64,000 bases of DNA from positions 1-64,000 of IMG/VR virus record IMGVR_UViG_3300043447_000068. The stretch is one strand, 5' to 3'. A model generated the notes under the pieces. That model saw only the letters and a list, made by a program, of their open reading frames with translations. It searched no databases and was not told the origin of the DNA. Positions 18,909 through 29,928 of this stretch are shown in pieces (position 1 is the first letter of the stretch; each line of letters starts with the position of its first letter). A program made the position numbers and the translations under genes. Source of the DNA: a virus. Lineage: Duplodnaviria > Caudoviricetes.

Positions 18909-19068
18909 AGTCCCTCTTCTTCTTGGTGGCCATAGATACCTTGCTTATGTGTCCAGACTTACACATCCAAGTAAGCTCTTTGGTTTCTGGATATGAGCGT
19001 AGAGATGTAACCTCCACCTTGCATGTATGACATGGAAATTTTCCAGGATATACTGTGTACTTAGCCAT
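18892..19068 (-). CDS. 58-aa zinc-ribbon protein (not in ORF track)
   Basis: Hand translation MAKYTVYPGKFPCHTCKVEV...WMCKSGH... Confidence 0.65.
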   Translation of the reverse strand: MAKYTVYPGKFPCHTCKVEVTSLRSYPETKELTWMCKSGHISKVSMATKKKRDYEREG

Positions 19069-20074
19069 TTAGCTTTTCCCTAATAGAGTCTTGAAGGTCT
19101 AGGTCTTCCCTTACTCTTGCTACAAATGCATCTCTACCCTGGATCTTTGTTCCGTCTTCAAGCTGGTACCAAGCACCAGTTCTGCTGACTACTCCTAGCT
19201 GTTCTGCTGTGTCAACAAGATCACCAATACTGTCAATGCCCACATCGTCACCTCTAAAATAGAAGTCATACTCGCCACCTTGGAAAGCAGGAGAAGTCTT
19301 AGAGAACTGTAGGTCCCAACGAACTTTTCGGCCAATCTTTTCTTCAATGAGTTTATCTCCGACATGGATCTTTCCCTTCAATGCTTGGTTGTCTGATTCT
19401 GATGAAAATAGTTTAATTACTGTAGATGAATAGAACTTAATAGACATACCACCTGTTGGCTGCTGGCTTGTGTACATTGCATTAATGTTGTTTCTTGACT
19501 GGCTAATAAGAATAAGAAGCGTAGGCTTTACCTTATTGTTAGCATAGTTCAACATCTTAACTGCATTGCTGAAGTCTCTTGCTTCTGCACCAATTTGCTT
19601 TGTATTCTCAAGCTGCTTAAGCTCATCAGAATCCTTTTCAAAATAGATTGCTGGAAGTAGAGATGTAATTGAGTCAACTACAATTAGATCCACTCCAGCC
19701 TGCATTAGACTTGTACCAACATCTACCATCTCATTGATAGTACGTGCTTGAGATACAATCAGCTTTGAGGTATCTACTCCAAGACGCTCAGCCCATGAAC
19801 GATCATAGGACATCTCAGCATCAATCCATGCACAAACCTTACCCTCTTTTTGTGCCAGAGCAATTGTCTGCAAGCATAGAGATGATTTAGCAGATGACTT
19901 TGATCCCCAAATGAGAACCTGTCGTCCATATGGCAAACCACCATTTAGTGCACGATTGAGACCAAAGCTAGGAGTCTGAGCAAATTCAGTATCTGGCACA
20001 GAGTCTCCAATCATCAATCCCTTACGCAGCTTTGGATTAAGCTGTGCTAATACATCTTCAACTGTCATTGTCAT
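19061..20074 (-). CDS. recA: RecA/UvsX-like recombinase
   Basis: Divergent P-loop GSKSSAKS, WIDAE, LIVVDSI, GGMSIKFYSS. Confidence 0.9.
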   Translation of the reverse strand: MTMTVEDVLAQLNPKLRKGLMIGDSVPDTEFAQTPSFGLNRALNGGLPYGRQVLIWGSKSSAKSSLCLQTIALAQKEGKVCAWIDAEMSYDRSWAERLGVDTSKLIVSQARTINEMVDVGTSLMQAGVDLIVVDSITSLLPAIYFEKDSDELKQLENTKQIGAEARDFSNAVKMLNYANNKVKPTLLILISQSRNNINAMYTSQQPTGGMSIKFYSSTVIKLFSSESDNQALKGKIHVGDKLIEEKIGRKVRWDLQFSKTSPAFQGGEYDFYFRGDDVGIDSIGDLVDTAEQLGVVSRTGAWYQLEDGTKIQGRDAFVARVREDLDLQDSIREKLNG

Positions 20075-20400
20075 TAGAATCGTACTCCATGCTTCTCTGG
20101 TCTGCTCTTGTTAAAGCTTGTCTTCTTTTCCATAGCATAATCTAGCGATGTCTTGGTATATCCATTTTCAACTAGACCTGCATATAGGTCGAACGTGCGG
20201 ATAAGAATGTCTGCCATCTCATCTGCAATCTCTTCTTCGCCTTTGTCCTTGCGAATAGCCTCCATCACCTCTACAGCCTCTGACACAATCATCATTAGCT
20301 GCTTTGTGATAAAGATATCATCTACATCTTCAGGCCAAAAACCTTTTGCTACGGCAGTCTTGTGTAGCTCTTCTGCCCAATCATCAAATTGCATGTACAT
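20074..20400 (-). CDS. MazG-like NTP pyrophosphohydrolase
   Basis: SEAVEVMEA...DEMADILIR; RPEKHG tail. Confidence 0.8.
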   Translation of the reverse strand: MYMQFDDWAEELHKTAVAKGFWPEDVDDIFITKQLMMIVSEAVEVMEAIRKDKGEEEIADEMADILIRTFDLYAGLVENGYTKTSLDYAMEKKTSFNKSRPEKHGVRF

Positions 20401-23400
20401 CCTCCATAATTATTGTTCCATCCTTGGTTTTACCCAAATCAAATTTATACGCAGATCCTTCTTGAATCTTCATATATGCCTTAGCAAATGCTGTAGGGAA
20501 TACTGTTACTGGGTGTAACTCTCTAGAGGCATCTGCTAGGGTAAGTGTTGCCATCTTTTTGCCTGCCTTGGTAATGCGTGGCTTAAAAGATACAACAAAT
20601 AGTTCTTCATCCTTATACGGCAATTGCTTATAGTTAAGATACTTTATAAGTGCCGAATCAGCTTTACCAATCTCATCAATCTGGATGGCCTCAGTAATGC
20701 GATTATCGCTAGCCAAAATAAGATATGTCTTTCCAGTTTCGATTGTAGACTGCTCATCATCAAAGATACCTACACTTCCTGTTTTGTCAAGTATTTCTAC
20801 ACGTGACCAACCCTTACCACGCTTGATAGACTTAACCATTCCCATCAGAATGAATGAGCCCTTCTCTTCAAACTCTTCTACCTCGTTAATAAAGGCATGG
20901 TAGTGCTGTGGAACTGAGATATTAAACTCTGGCAAGTTTAGATACTCATAAAGGTTCTCACGAATCTCATCGTCATTTCTAGGCTGATCCTGGAAGGTTG
21001 CTGCACCTACAACTCTCATTGCCTGTAGTGCACGACTGTTTACGCCATTGCCCTTACCAAATGTAAACTCTTCCAACTCCTTATATGAGTTAAATGGACG
21101 AGCAGCCATATACTTAGATGCAATGTTATCTGAGATATACTTAATACCAGTAAGTCCAAATCGGATACCCTTGCCTTCAATCTTGAAATCAGCATCTGAG
21201 TCATTTACGTGTGGAAGCTTAATAGAGATACCCATACGCTTTGTCTCAATTAGATACTCAGTACGAGCATCCTTATCCTTTTCATTCTTTAGGATTGAAT
21301 ACATGAACTCTAGTGGGTAGTGATACTTTAGCCATGCTGTCCAGTACGACAGCGTTGAGTAGGCCACAGCGTGAGACTTGTTGAAAGAGTATCCAGCGTG
21401 TGCTTCAAAGTCTGTCCAGAGCTCTTCAGCAACGTTAGGGGATAGGAATCGTGATGCACCCTTAACGAACTTGTCCTTAAACTGGTCAAATTCCTTAGCA
21501 TCCTTCTTCTTACCAATGATCTTACGAACCTTGTCAGCCTCAGCCATTGTCATACCGCCAAGCTCTGTACAAGCCTGCATAACCTGTTCCTGATACAAGA
21601 TACATCCATAGGTCTCAGCCGTAAATGACTTCATTACCTGGTGCTTATAGTCAATATTTTGTCTACCCTGCTTGCGTGCAATGTAGTCTTTACCAATAGT
21701 ATTCGCAGCACCTGGACGAACTAGAGCGTTAGATGCAGACAATTCTGCAAGATTCTTCACACCCATCTTAACCAGAAGGTTTGTATATGGAGTAGCTTCA
21801 CACTGGAACACGCCCTTGGTATATCCATCAGATAGCATTCGATATACGTTGGCATCATCCATGTCAATTGACAGGAGATCAATCTGCTTATCGTGACGCT
21901 TTTCAATGATATCAAGTGTGTCACGCAATACAGAGAGTGTCTTTAGACCAAGTGCGTCAATCTTAATAAGACCAATACGCTCTGCTTCTTCCATGTCTAC
22001 CGCCACAACTGGGATACGCTCTTTGTTTCCTGGAGAGGTACGAGTTTCTAGTGGAGCAAATTTAAAGATAGGCTGCTTAGATGTGACAACACCTGCAGCG
22101 TGAATACCAGTACCACGGATACGACCACGAAGCAAATCTCCATAGGTTTCAATCTCTGGATACTTCTCACGGAACCATGCAGACTGCTTTGATGAGCAAT
22201 AGTCATCCCAGTCATCAACTACCTTTAGAACCTTGTTAACATCTGGCAGTGGAACGTTTAGTGTACGAGCAATGTCACGAACCATACCCTTGCCACGGAA
22301 CTGCAAGAATGTAGCAATAGATGCAACGTGCTTATACTGACGAACCAAGTAGTCCTTAACCTCTTCACGGCGTGAGTCCTGAATATCTGTATCGATATCT
22401 GGGAAGTCATTACGTTCTGGATTAATAAAACGGAAGAACAATAGTCCATGCTCAATAGGGTCGATGTCCGTAATACCTAGAGAGTAGCAAAGAAGAGATC
22501 CTGCAGCAGAACCACGACCTGGGCCTACCATAATGCCCTCTTTCTTCGCCCAAGCAATCATAGAGCGTACAACTAGGAAGTAAGGACCAAAGTTCTTAGC
22601 CTCAATTACCTCAAGTTCTTCTTCTAGTCTTGCAATGTATTCCTCTGTCTCAATACCTCGTTCCTTGAGTCCTGCCAGAGCAAGCTCACGAAGTTCTTTA
22701 TTAGGATTCTGATACTGTACAGGAAGCAAGTCCTGGTGGTCTTTAATCTTGTAGTCTTCTACCTTGTCAACAATCTCACGGGTAGCCTCATACATATCTT
22801 CACGATCAATGCCCTGTGCCTTCATGGCGTTGTGCATCTCTTCGTCAGATAGTAGGTGAATCTCAAATTTATTAAATGACATTTGACGGTCAGCACCATA
22901 CAAGTAATCTAGACGGTCCATCAGGTTATCATACTTCTTAGAACCCTCGTAGGTTGCACCCTTCTCAACCTTATTAGAATAAGAGTTAAGGATAAGCTTT
23001 AGCTCTTGAATTTCCTTTTGTGATGGATCAGAGTGGTGGCAGTCAGGAGTTACAACTGGCTTTACCCCAAATTCATCTGCTAGATCTAGGAGAGCCTTAT
23101 TAATCTCTGGTGGATTGTGTGGCATTACCTCAATGTAATAGTCATCTCCAAAGATTGCCTTACACTTCTGGATGTGCTCTTTTGCGTATGCAAATTCATT
23201 TGCTTCAATAGCCTTTGCCAGAACTCCAGAAAGACATCCAGATGTAATGATAAGGCCATCCTTATACTGCTCAAGAACATCCCAGTCAATTCGTGGCTTC
23301 TTGTAAAATCCTTCAGTCCAAGCAATCTCATTTAGCTTGTTTAGATTCTCAAGCCCCTTAGAGTTCTTGGCAATAATGATAAGGTGGTTATAGTTAAGAT

Positions 23401-23659
23401 CAAGTGGGTCATTGTTAGCCTTCTTGTCTTCATGGTGGAAGCGATCCTTTGTGATGTACCCTTCGATACCAAGGATTGGCTTGATGCCTGCCTCTTTGGC
23501 AGCACGATACATTTCACGGTGGCCAGACAGTGATCCATGGTCTGTGATTGCGATTGCTGGCATTCCCAGCTCTACGGCACGGTCCACATATTCCTGTGGT
23601 GTTGCAATTCCGTCAAATAGCGAGTAGTGTGTGTGGACGTGTAGACCAGCGTAACTCAT
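20384..23659 (-). CDS. dnaE: DNA polymerase III alpha subunit
   Basis: PHP domain HVHTHYS and TDHG, GRGSAAGS, FPDIDTD, HAAG, YSFNKSHA; no intein. Confidence 0.96.
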   Translation of the reverse strand: MSYAGLHVHTHYSLFDGIATPQEYVDRAVELGMPAIAITDHGSLSGHREMYRAAKEAGIKPILGIEGYITKDRFHHEDKKANNDPLDLNYNHLIIIAKNSKGLENLNKLNEIAWTEGFYKKPRIDWDVLEQYKDGLIITSGCLSGVLAKAIEANEFAYAKEHIQKCKAIFGDDYYIEVMPHNPPEINKALLDLADEFGVKPVVTPDCHHSDPSQKEIQELKLILNSYSNKVEKGATYEGSKKYDNLMDRLDYLYGADRQMSFNKFEIHLLSDEEMHNAMKAQGIDREDMYEATREIVDKVEDYKIKDHQDLLPVQYQNPNKELRELALAGLKERGIETEEYIARLEEELEVIEAKNFGPYFLVVRSMIAWAKKEGIMVGPGRGSAAGSLLCYSLGITDIDPIEHGLLFFRFINPERNDFPDIDTDIQDSRREEVKDYLVRQYKHVASIATFLQFRGKGMVRDIARTLNVPLPDVNKVLKVVDDWDDYCSSKQSAWFREKYPEIETYGDLLRGRIRGTGIHAAGVVTSKQPIFKFAPLETRTSPGNKERIPVVAVDMEEAERIGLIKIDALGLKTLSVLRDTLDIIEKRHDKQIDLLSIDMDDANVYRMLSDGYTKGVFQCEATPYTNLLVKMGVKNLAELSASNALVRPGAANTIGKDYIARKQGRQNIDYKHQVMKSFTAETYGCILYQEQVMQACTELGGMTMAEADKVRKIIGKKKDAKEFDQFKDKFVKGASRFLSPNVAEELWTDFEAHAGYSFNKSHAVAYSTLSYWTAWLKYHYPLEFMYSILKNEKDKDARTEYLIETKRMGISIKLPHVNDSDADFKIEGKGIRFGLTGIKYISDNIASKYMAARPFNSYKELEEFTFGKGNGVNSRALQAMRVVGAATFQDQPRNDDEIRENLYEYLNLPEFNISVPQHYHAFINEVEEFEEKGSFILMGMVKSIKRGKGWSRVEILDKTGSVGIFDDEQSTIETGKTYLILASDNRITEAIQIDEIGKADSALIKYLNYKQLPYKDEELFVVSFKPRITKAGKKMATLTLADASRELHPVTVFPTAFAKAYMKIQEGSAYKFDLGKTKDGTIIMEDVHAI

Positions 23660-23711
23660 AATTTCCTTTGTTAATAAAATAGATTTTGTTTAATAAATAT
23701 TGCTTAAAGGT

Positions 23712-23746
23712 AAGATGAAATGGGGGCAACCGAAGTTACCCCCAAA
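23712..23746 (-). terminator. Terminator after the SSB gene
   Basis: GGGGGTAAC-TTCG-GTTGCCCCC hairpin. Confidence 0.7.
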
Positions 23747-23756
23747 TCAAACTTAA

Positions 23757-24410
23757 TTACCAATCAATGTTGGTTGATGTGACAGACGGAGTGTCGAAGC
23801 CAAAGTAGAATGCTTCCTGCTCTGGGTAAGGAACTTCACGAACTACCTTCTCAAGGTTGTGGAATTCGAAGTCTCCCCAAGCAAATGGCTCTGAGTCTGG
23901 ACCAGTAGGGATAAGAGTGTAATTGGTTTCAGTTCCCTGACCATTACGCTTTAGCTTCCATACTAGGTTTGAAATGCTACCAGTCTCAAGTGCGTACTCA
24001 CGGATTGTGTTGAATGCAGACTGCTTAGTCACTCCCTGTGACCAAACTGCAATGTATGGTGCCTCAAGGCCATCGTCAACTAGGACGTTGCAGTAGAAGC
24101 GAAGCTTTGAACGCCATCCTGCCTTTGGCTCCTTGCGTGCCATCTCACATGCAAAGCAGCGACCTTCAGTTTCCATAGTACAAGCAGCCATACGCTTGTA
24201 GTCCTTTGGATTGGTGTGCTGTGCAATAACAACAGACAAGCCTCGCTCATCTGCGTAGTGTGCTGAATCCTGATCCAGTTCTTCAACGAAACGAATCTTT
24301 GCAGCCTGTCCGTCAGCTAGCTTTACCCAACGAACCTTTGTTCCTGTACCTTCATACTTTGGCTTATCAAGAATTGCATTGATATCTTTTAGCCCTTTAA
24401 TTACACCCAT
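23757..24410 (-). CDS. Single-stranded DNA-binding protein
   Basis: Cys-containing OB-type body, position between primase and DnaE, acidic/aromatic C-terminus. Confidence 0.65.
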   Translation of the reverse strand: MGVIKGLKDINAILDKPKYEGTGTKVRWVKLADGQAAKIRFVEELDQDSAHYADERGLSVVIAQHTNPKDYKRMAACTMETEGRCFACEMARKEPKAGWRSKLRFYCNVLVDDGLEAPYIAVWSQGVTKQSAFNTIREYALETGSISNLVWKLKRNGQGTETNYTLIPTGPDSEPFAWGDFEFHNLEKVVREVPYPEQEAFYFGFDTPSVTSTNIDW

Positions 24411-24438
24411 GGTGTTCTCCTTATTTTTTGTTGTTGTA

Positions 24439-25356
24439 TTATTGTAGCATGGCCATTATTGATTTGTCAAATGACATATCTAGCCTTTTTATATCTTCGT
24501 CCTGCATATCTCCGATATCCTTATAGTTAGAGTCTAACTTAACAGTAGTAACCATTGGGCCAAGACTTTTAATAATCTTATCCCTCATGTTACTTCCTGC
24601 CTCATCATTATCTGCTATAACGAAAACAGAATTAAAGTACTTACGAAGAAGCTCTATTTGTTTTGTAGAGACCATAGCCCCTAGTGTTGCAACTGCTGGA
24701 ATACCAACTTGGTCTAACCTAATTGCATCGAAAGACGATTCTACCACATAAACCCTGCTAGATGTCTTAACTCTGTGAAGATTAAATAATACCTTAGACT
24801 TTGGTAGCCCTGGAGTATTCTTAAAATCTTTACCCTCAATCGATCTGCCAACGAAGCCAACTTCCATACCGTCTGGTGCAGAGACAGGGATAGTAACCAT
24901 ATCCTGCTTTTCAGAAAAGCCAAGTTGAAACTTCTTGACAGATGCCTCAGTTATAAGTCTGCCAGCGTAGTATCTCATTGCTCTTGGCGACTCCAATGCT
25001 TGCTGATTTAATCTCTTGATTAGCAGCTGGTCATATTGAACATAGTCAGGAATAGCGATAAGCTTTTTCTCTATATCTCCAATGATTGAAGAAAGTCCTT
25101 CTTTTGACTTGATGTATCTTGCTGCTTCAAAATATGTTCTTGAAGTCGTATGCATTACTACCTCAACCAAATCCGCTACGTGGTGACAAGAAAAACAAAA
25201 GAACTTTCCAGTTACCTTGTCAACTTCTCCAGCAGGAGTTCTGTTATTTGCGTGAAATGGACAGAAAATAATATAATCAGAATCGATCTCTTTTTCAATT
25301 GTGAGACCTGCACCAATTAGTACTTTTTTGATTTGATCAGAAGTATAGTTGGCCAT
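24439..25356 (-). CDS. DNA primase (zinc finger + TOPRIM)
   Basis: CPFH...CFSC zinc finger, VVESSFD, DND. Confidence 0.88.
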   Translation of the reverse strand: MANYTSDQIKKVLIGAGLTIEKEIDSDYIIFCPFHANNRTPAGEVDKVTGKFFCFSCHHVADLVEVVMHTTSRTYFEAARYIKSKEGLSSIIGDIEKKLIAIPDYVQYDQLLIKRLNQQALESPRAMRYYAGRLITEASVKKFQLGFSEKQDMVTIPVSAPDGMEVGFVGRSIEGKDFKNTPGLPKSKVLFNLHRVKTSSRVYVVESSFDAIRLDQVGIPAVATLGAMVSTKQIELLRKYFNSVFVIADNDEAGSNMRDKIIKSLGPMVTTVKLDSNYKDIGDMQDEDIKRLDMSFDKSIMAMLQ

Positions 25357-26576
25357 TACTTATCCTCAAAGTCCTTGTACTTGTAGTAGCCCTTATCAAA
25401 GTCTGCCTGAACCAAGAACTCACCCATAAATCCATTACGGTTCTTGCGGAACACGCATTCAATGATATCAGAGTTTGTTCCACGACCAAGTGCCAACACC
25501 CAGTCAGCATCGTATGCAATCTGACGAGACCATGCAGTCTGTCCAAGAGTAGGCACAGTATCTAGCTTTGTAACGTCATCAGGAGTAGCAGATGAAATAG
25601 CAATAATAGGAACCTCTTCACTAATAGCCATAAGCTTTAGCTCACGAGATAGGTTCTTCATACGTACCGTCTCATTATCAGACTTTTGATTTGGAGACAT
25701 GAGCTGCAGATAGTCAACGACTACGAAGTCTGGCTTATACTGATCGATCTTTCCACGCAATACAGATGGAGTAACTTCTCCACCTGAGTCATTGGAAATA
25801 ATATGGAACTCTGGCTTACCCTGAAGTGCCTTCTGGTGCCACATCTTAAGATCCTCAATATCAATCTGACCAGCAGAAAGCTTTCTGTGTGACCAAAGAC
25901 CATCGCCCATGATTGCGAATACACGGTTACGAACTTCGGTCTCGCTCATTTCAAGGGAGACAATCATTGGTGACTTTCCAGACTTCCAAGCCTGAACAGC
26001 AAAGTAAAGCGACAGCCACGACTTTCCAATACCAGGATATGCTAGCATAACGCCAAGCTGTCCTGGCATAATTCCAGCAGGTAGATAATTGTCAAATCCT
26101 GGCAAGCCAGTTTTAATTCCTGACAAGCCTAGCTCAGACTGCTTCTTAACATTCTCATAGTATGCAATTGCAGACTCTAGGTCTGTAGCATCGATGTCAC
26201 GGATTGCTGCAGTGTTCTTTCGTAGTTCAGATGTCTTGGAGATTAGTGTCTCAAGTGCTTCAAGACCTTTGTCAGCCTGAACATCCGCTGCAGCATTTCT
26301 AATGATGTCCTTTAGGCTATCATTCATATACTCAGCTTGTAGTTCTTCTAGGTGATGCTTAGTTGCCCCTACCCCAGATTCTGGCTGAAAGTCACGAAAC
26401 TTCTCTACAACAAGTGCCTGTGGAGGAGTTGATCCATTCTGCTCAAAGTATAGTCTGATAAAGTTCCAGATATCTTTATGGGTCTTAAGAATGTTATCTA
26501 CGTTTGCCTGAAGCAATACGTGGATCTGCTTATCTTGCAAAACAGCAGAGATTAGTTTTGATTCTGAATTACTCAT
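25356..26576 (-). CDS. dnaB: Replicative DnaB-like helicase
   Basis: AYPGIGKS, SLEM, VVDYLQLM, DAD, KNRNG. Confidence 0.92.
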   Translation of the reverse strand: MSNSESKLISAVLQDKQIHVLLQANVDNILKTHKDIWNFIRLYFEQNGSTPPQALVVEKFRDFQPESGVGATKHHLEELQAEYMNDSLKDIIRNAAADVQADKGLEALETLISKTSELRKNTAAIRDIDATDLESAIAYYENVKKQSELGLSGIKTGLPGFDNYLPAGIMPGQLGVMLAYPGIGKSWLSLYFAVQAWKSGKSPMIVSLEMSETEVRNRVFAIMGDGLWSHRKLSAGQIDIEDLKMWHQKALQGKPEFHIISNDSGGEVTPSVLRGKIDQYKPDFVVVDYLQLMSPNQKSDNETVRMKNLSRELKLMAISEEVPIIAISSATPDDVTKLDTVPTLGQTAWSRQIAYDADWVLALGRGTNSDIIECVFRKNRNGFMGEFLVQADFDKGYYKYKDFEDK

Positions 26577-26877
26577 TTAGCCACCTCTTTGCCATTTGTC
26601 TTCTTATTTCCCTTTCTTTGATATCTTCTTGTAGTTGTGCTTTTTTATCAATTATATCTTGTGCATAGTTGGCAAAATACTTCCAGCCAGGATTTTGTGC
26701 TACATCAAAATAGTGTGCCAACAAATCGTAGCATTCTGATATACCATATGATTCAATTAGGGCATCTGCAGCCCACTGCTCAACGTTAATATTGATCTGT
26801 GGCTTCTGCCCATATTTCTGAGTGTAGAGCTTTGAGTAGCGACTAAGCAAAGCCATACGGTCTTTGCGTTCAGCCAT
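26569..26877 (-). CDS. Hypothetical protein (replication-associated position)
   Basis: ORF coupled to dnaB. Confidence 0.6.
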   Translation of the reverse strand: MAERKDRMALLSRYSKLYTQKYGQKPQININVEQWAADALIESYGISECYDLLAHYFDVAQNPGWKYFANYAQDIIDKKAQLQEDIKEREIRRQMAKRWLNE

Positions 26878-27080
26878 TATTCTACTTCTGACTTAGCTTC
26901 TGTAATTTTTTCAGCAAGCTTAGTTTCTACGAAAGAATAGACACGATCAAATGCCTCATTAATAGTTTCGCTCTCACGCTTGTTGTCAATGACATTAAGG
27001 TCAATTCTCAGTGACTGAAAGTTGCCTAGATTAAGAGTGTAACCAAGTGTTACACCAACTTTAGTGTTTTCGTTTTCCAT
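26877..27080 (-). CDS. Hypothetical phage protein
   Basis: TLNLGNFQSLRID; start moved to MENEN. Confidence 0.65.
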   Translation of the reverse strand: MENENTKVGVTLGYTLNLGNFQSLRIDLNVIDNKRESETINEAFDRVYSFVETKLAEKITEAKSEVE

Positions 27081-27093
27081 ACCCGTTTCCTTA

Positions 27094-27645
27094 CTATATT
27101 GATTCAGACCACACTGGAATGAATCTACCATCTTCTGTTTTCGTATAAGTTAGTATACCATCTCCCATACGCCTTGTCAACTCTTGGCGTGTTGGCGTTA
27201 TGTTATTTGTCACTAACTTGTCTTTTCTTGGTTGCCCAATGTGGTACGAAGCCAGTATATCACGAAGTTCAAAAACTTGCGACTCTGAGTAATAAGACCT
27301 TACCTGCCAACCAGTCTTACCGCCCTTCTGTGACCCCGTAGCAGGGGGAACAATCCCTCTGCGGACTAATGAAGGCATATACTTCTTATGACGATTAACT
27401 AGACTAGCAGTCTCGCCAACAGTAAATGCTCTTTCACGATTTCTTTTAAAATCATTAATAAGACAGCTTTCTATTCTATCTTCAATAATATTATAAACAG
27501 ACATTATTCCATTAGATCTGTTTAGGTGGTGAACCCTTACTAGGTCCCCATTTAGGAAATACACCTTTTTGCTACCAGGAATTATTGGTGCATTGTTATA
27601 GTCTTCACGGGACATGGCCCCAAGACGATGTGGCTTTTTTTCCAT
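27094..27645 (-). CDS. Putative DNA-binding (HTH-like) protein
   Basis: FTVGETASLVNR...R.YSESQV resembles a MerR-type HTH; start uncertain. Confidence 0.5.
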   Translation of the reverse strand: MEKKPHRLGAMSREDYNNAPIIPGSKKVYFLNGDLVRVHHLNRSNGIMSVYNIIEDRIESCLINDFKRNRERAFTVGETASLVNRHKKYMPSLVRRGIVPPATGSQKGGKTGWQVRSYYSESQVFELRDILASYHIGQPRKDKLVTNNITPTRQELTRRMGDGILTYTKTEDGRFIPVWSESI

Positions 27646-27652
27646 TATATCT

Positions 27653-28099
27653 TTAATTAGGAATGCCGATAACAATCAAGTTTAGCCCAACAGCAAGGTT
27701 TCCAGAAGTGGCAAAAGTAACAGTTCCACTAACTGAGTTTGGGCCTACTGACTTGATCATAACATTTACAGCTGATCCAGCATCTGCACCAGCTACGCTA
27801 ATAGGGGTTGCTGTTACAATTGGGATATGCTTAAAGTAGGATGGGAACTGATAGTCCCATTTTACTGGCGTTCCTGCTGTAACGTTACCGCTTGAAACTT
27901 CGACGTACCCACCAACAAAGCAGGCTTCTGATGTCTTGACTGTCTGCACTCCTGCAGACTGTGTGTGAATGCTTGTAAGCTTCATCGTTGGTGATGTAGA
28001 TATGTTGCTAGCTAGCTTGTTAATTCCATTTGCTAGCTCTAGTAAGTAGGTAGCATCGATTGGCTGACCTGCACTTGGTGTTCTAACTATATTTGCCAT
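27653..28099 (-). CDS. Tail-associated protein
   Basis: End of the tail cluster; beta-rich F..IP.VTAT segment. Confidence 0.5.
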   Translation of the reverse strand: MANIVRTPSAGQPIDATYLLELANGINKLASNISTSPTMKLTSIHTQSAGVQTVKTSEACFVGGYVEVSSGNVTAGTPVKWDYQFPSYFKHIPIVTATPISVAGADAGSAVNVMIKSVGPNSVSGTVTFATSGNLAVGLNLIVIGIPN

Positions 28100-28124
28100 A
28101 TTTTTCTCCTATACTAGTATAGCA

Positions 28125-28541
28125 CTACCAGCTGACATTGCCTTCAAATACTTTGAGTAGATTTGGTGTTGACACCATCTTTTGAACGGATGCTGACTGC
28201 ACAAGGACATATGCCTTTGTTTTTCCAGCTGCTGGGATAAATGAATAATTGATTGATTGAGTTTTGCCATGGTAAACATATGGATCCGAGCTTTCATACT
28301 TGACAAAAATATCATAAAGTGGTAGGTTGTTTGTATTGTCCCAAATAGCGTCAACAGTACCGCTAGAGTACTTGACAATTCCATTAACTGCTGATACTGG
28401 CTTTGCTGGAATTGCATAGATTTGAGACCAGTCAGATGCCTTAACCTTATCCTCAATAATACGATATCTAACAAGATACTTATTCTCAAAGTTTACCAGG
28501 GGCAGCGAAGCCTTATCTATCTTGCTCTTCTTATTTGACAC
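28125..28541 (-). CDS. Minor tail protein (beta-sandwich)
   Basis: Context and composition. Confidence 0.5.
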   Translation of the reverse strand: MSNKKSKIDKASLPLVNFENKYLVRYRIIEDKVKASDWSQIYAIPAKPVSAVNGIVKYSSGTVDAIWDNTNNLPLYDIFVKYESSDPYVYHGKTQSINYSFIPAAGKTKAYVLVQSASVQKMVSTPNLLKVFEGNVSW

Positions 28542-29917
28542 TATATATCTACTCCGAACCTGAATTCTATATAGTTATTGGTGTTTTCTAGCTTTTTAAT
28601 TGTTGTGGCAGCTGGTGTCTTAATTACTGAATACCCAGACATACCATACAGAGGATTTATTGTAGTTGTATTTTCAAGTCTAAGTGCGTCTAGGCATACG
28701 TAGAAAAGATCATTTACGTTTCCTGATGCATCCTTGACGGATGAAAAAACCTTAATACTAGTGACCTGATTCCATGAGAATCCAGAGGTGTAGAAAAGCT
28801 GACTGAGCTTTTTAGAGACAACAAAGTATCTATTATTTTCAAAGGCTACATCTGCACTCGTTAGATGAATCTCCATTTTTGCAGACTCAGATGAAGCTGA
28901 ATCAGAGAGAGCGAACTCAAGAATGATGTTTACTTCTGATGGGCTCTCTGTCTCTCCACCACGCTTATTGATTACTGAGAATGCTAGACGCAACTCGTCT
29001 GAAGGTGAATTCTTGTCAAAGTTAAGTCTAACGTTGTTGATGTGTATGTGATCTCCAGAGTTGTAGGCAAGTCTTCCAGTGCCAGAGTTGTACGATAGGT
29101 TTGTCATGTTTCCACGAATTGCAATAATGTTATTCAAATATCTACATGTTTCGTATCTTAGGATTCTTGACTCATTAGCAAATAGCGTATTGTCAGCATT
29201 TGTGTGTAAGACCTTGCAGTCCTTTTGTTGGCCATTAACTACGTAAGTGCCTTCTAGAACGTTAGCCTGATTTGGATCTAGTGGCTGGTAGACTACTGGG
29301 ATTGGCTCAACACTTGTTCCGTGGAATTGCCAGTTCTCATTTTGCGAGAATGAGTAGATAGTTCTACTATCATAAGATCCTGCGTCTGGATTTGCCTGTG
29401 CAGAGAATAGTCCAACTTCTGTGATCTCATATCTTTCTTCTGTTGGCAACTCTGCAGTCAAGACTATGTCTGTGTAATATGTCTTTGCAATACCACCAGA
29501 AACATATGTTCCAGTTACTGAATTATTGATTGCAAAGCTAGTTGGAGAAGAATCAATAATAATAGCATCAGCTATATTGAATTGTGATGGTGATACTCCA
29601 GAAACAGTTACACGATCACCAGTGACAAAAGAGTTGTTTGATGTGGTATATGTGACAACCCCATTAGATACAGAGACTCCAGAAATTGTTGCAGACCCAG
29701 ACTCTTCTGTAACATACCCTCTTGATGTTATTGGTACACGAAACATCTCAAAATCAAGGTTTTGCTTAAGTCTCTGTGTAGCTATCTCAGACTGGCTTGG
29801 GTTGGTTTGTGAAGAATATGGCAGCGGACCACAGCCAACAGCAATGTGAGAAGCATAAGAAGATGCTTGCCCAATCATGTACTTGGTTATAAGTTGCTGA
29901 CCTTTATTTGTAATCAT
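28541..29917 (-). CDS. Minor tail/tail-tip protein
   Basis: MITNKG start and ITEVGLF motif typical of tail-tip/fibre attachment proteins. Confidence 0.6.
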   Translation of the reverse strand: MITNKGQQLITKYMIGQASSYASHIAVGCGPLPYSSQTNPSQSEIATQRLKQNLDFEMFRVPITSRGYVTEESGSATISGVSVSNGVVTYTTSNNSFVTGDRVTVSGVSPSQFNIADAIIIDSSPTSFAINNSVTGTYVSGGIAKTYYTDIVLTAELPTEERYEITEVGLFSAQANPDAGSYDSRTIYSFSQNENWQFHGTSVEPIPVVYQPLDPNQANVLEGTYVVNGQQKDCKVLHTNADNTLFANESRILRYETCRYLNNIIAIRGNMTNLSYNSGTGRLAYNSGDHIHINNVRLNFDKNSPSDELRLAFSVINKRGGETESPSEVNIILEFALSDSASSESAKMEIHLTSADVAFENNRYFVVSKKLSQLFYTSGFSWNQVTSIKVFSSVKDASGNVNDLFYVCLDALRLENTTTINPLYGMSGYSVIKTPAATTIKKLENTNNYIEFRFGVDI

Positions 29918-29928
29918 AGTATTTTACC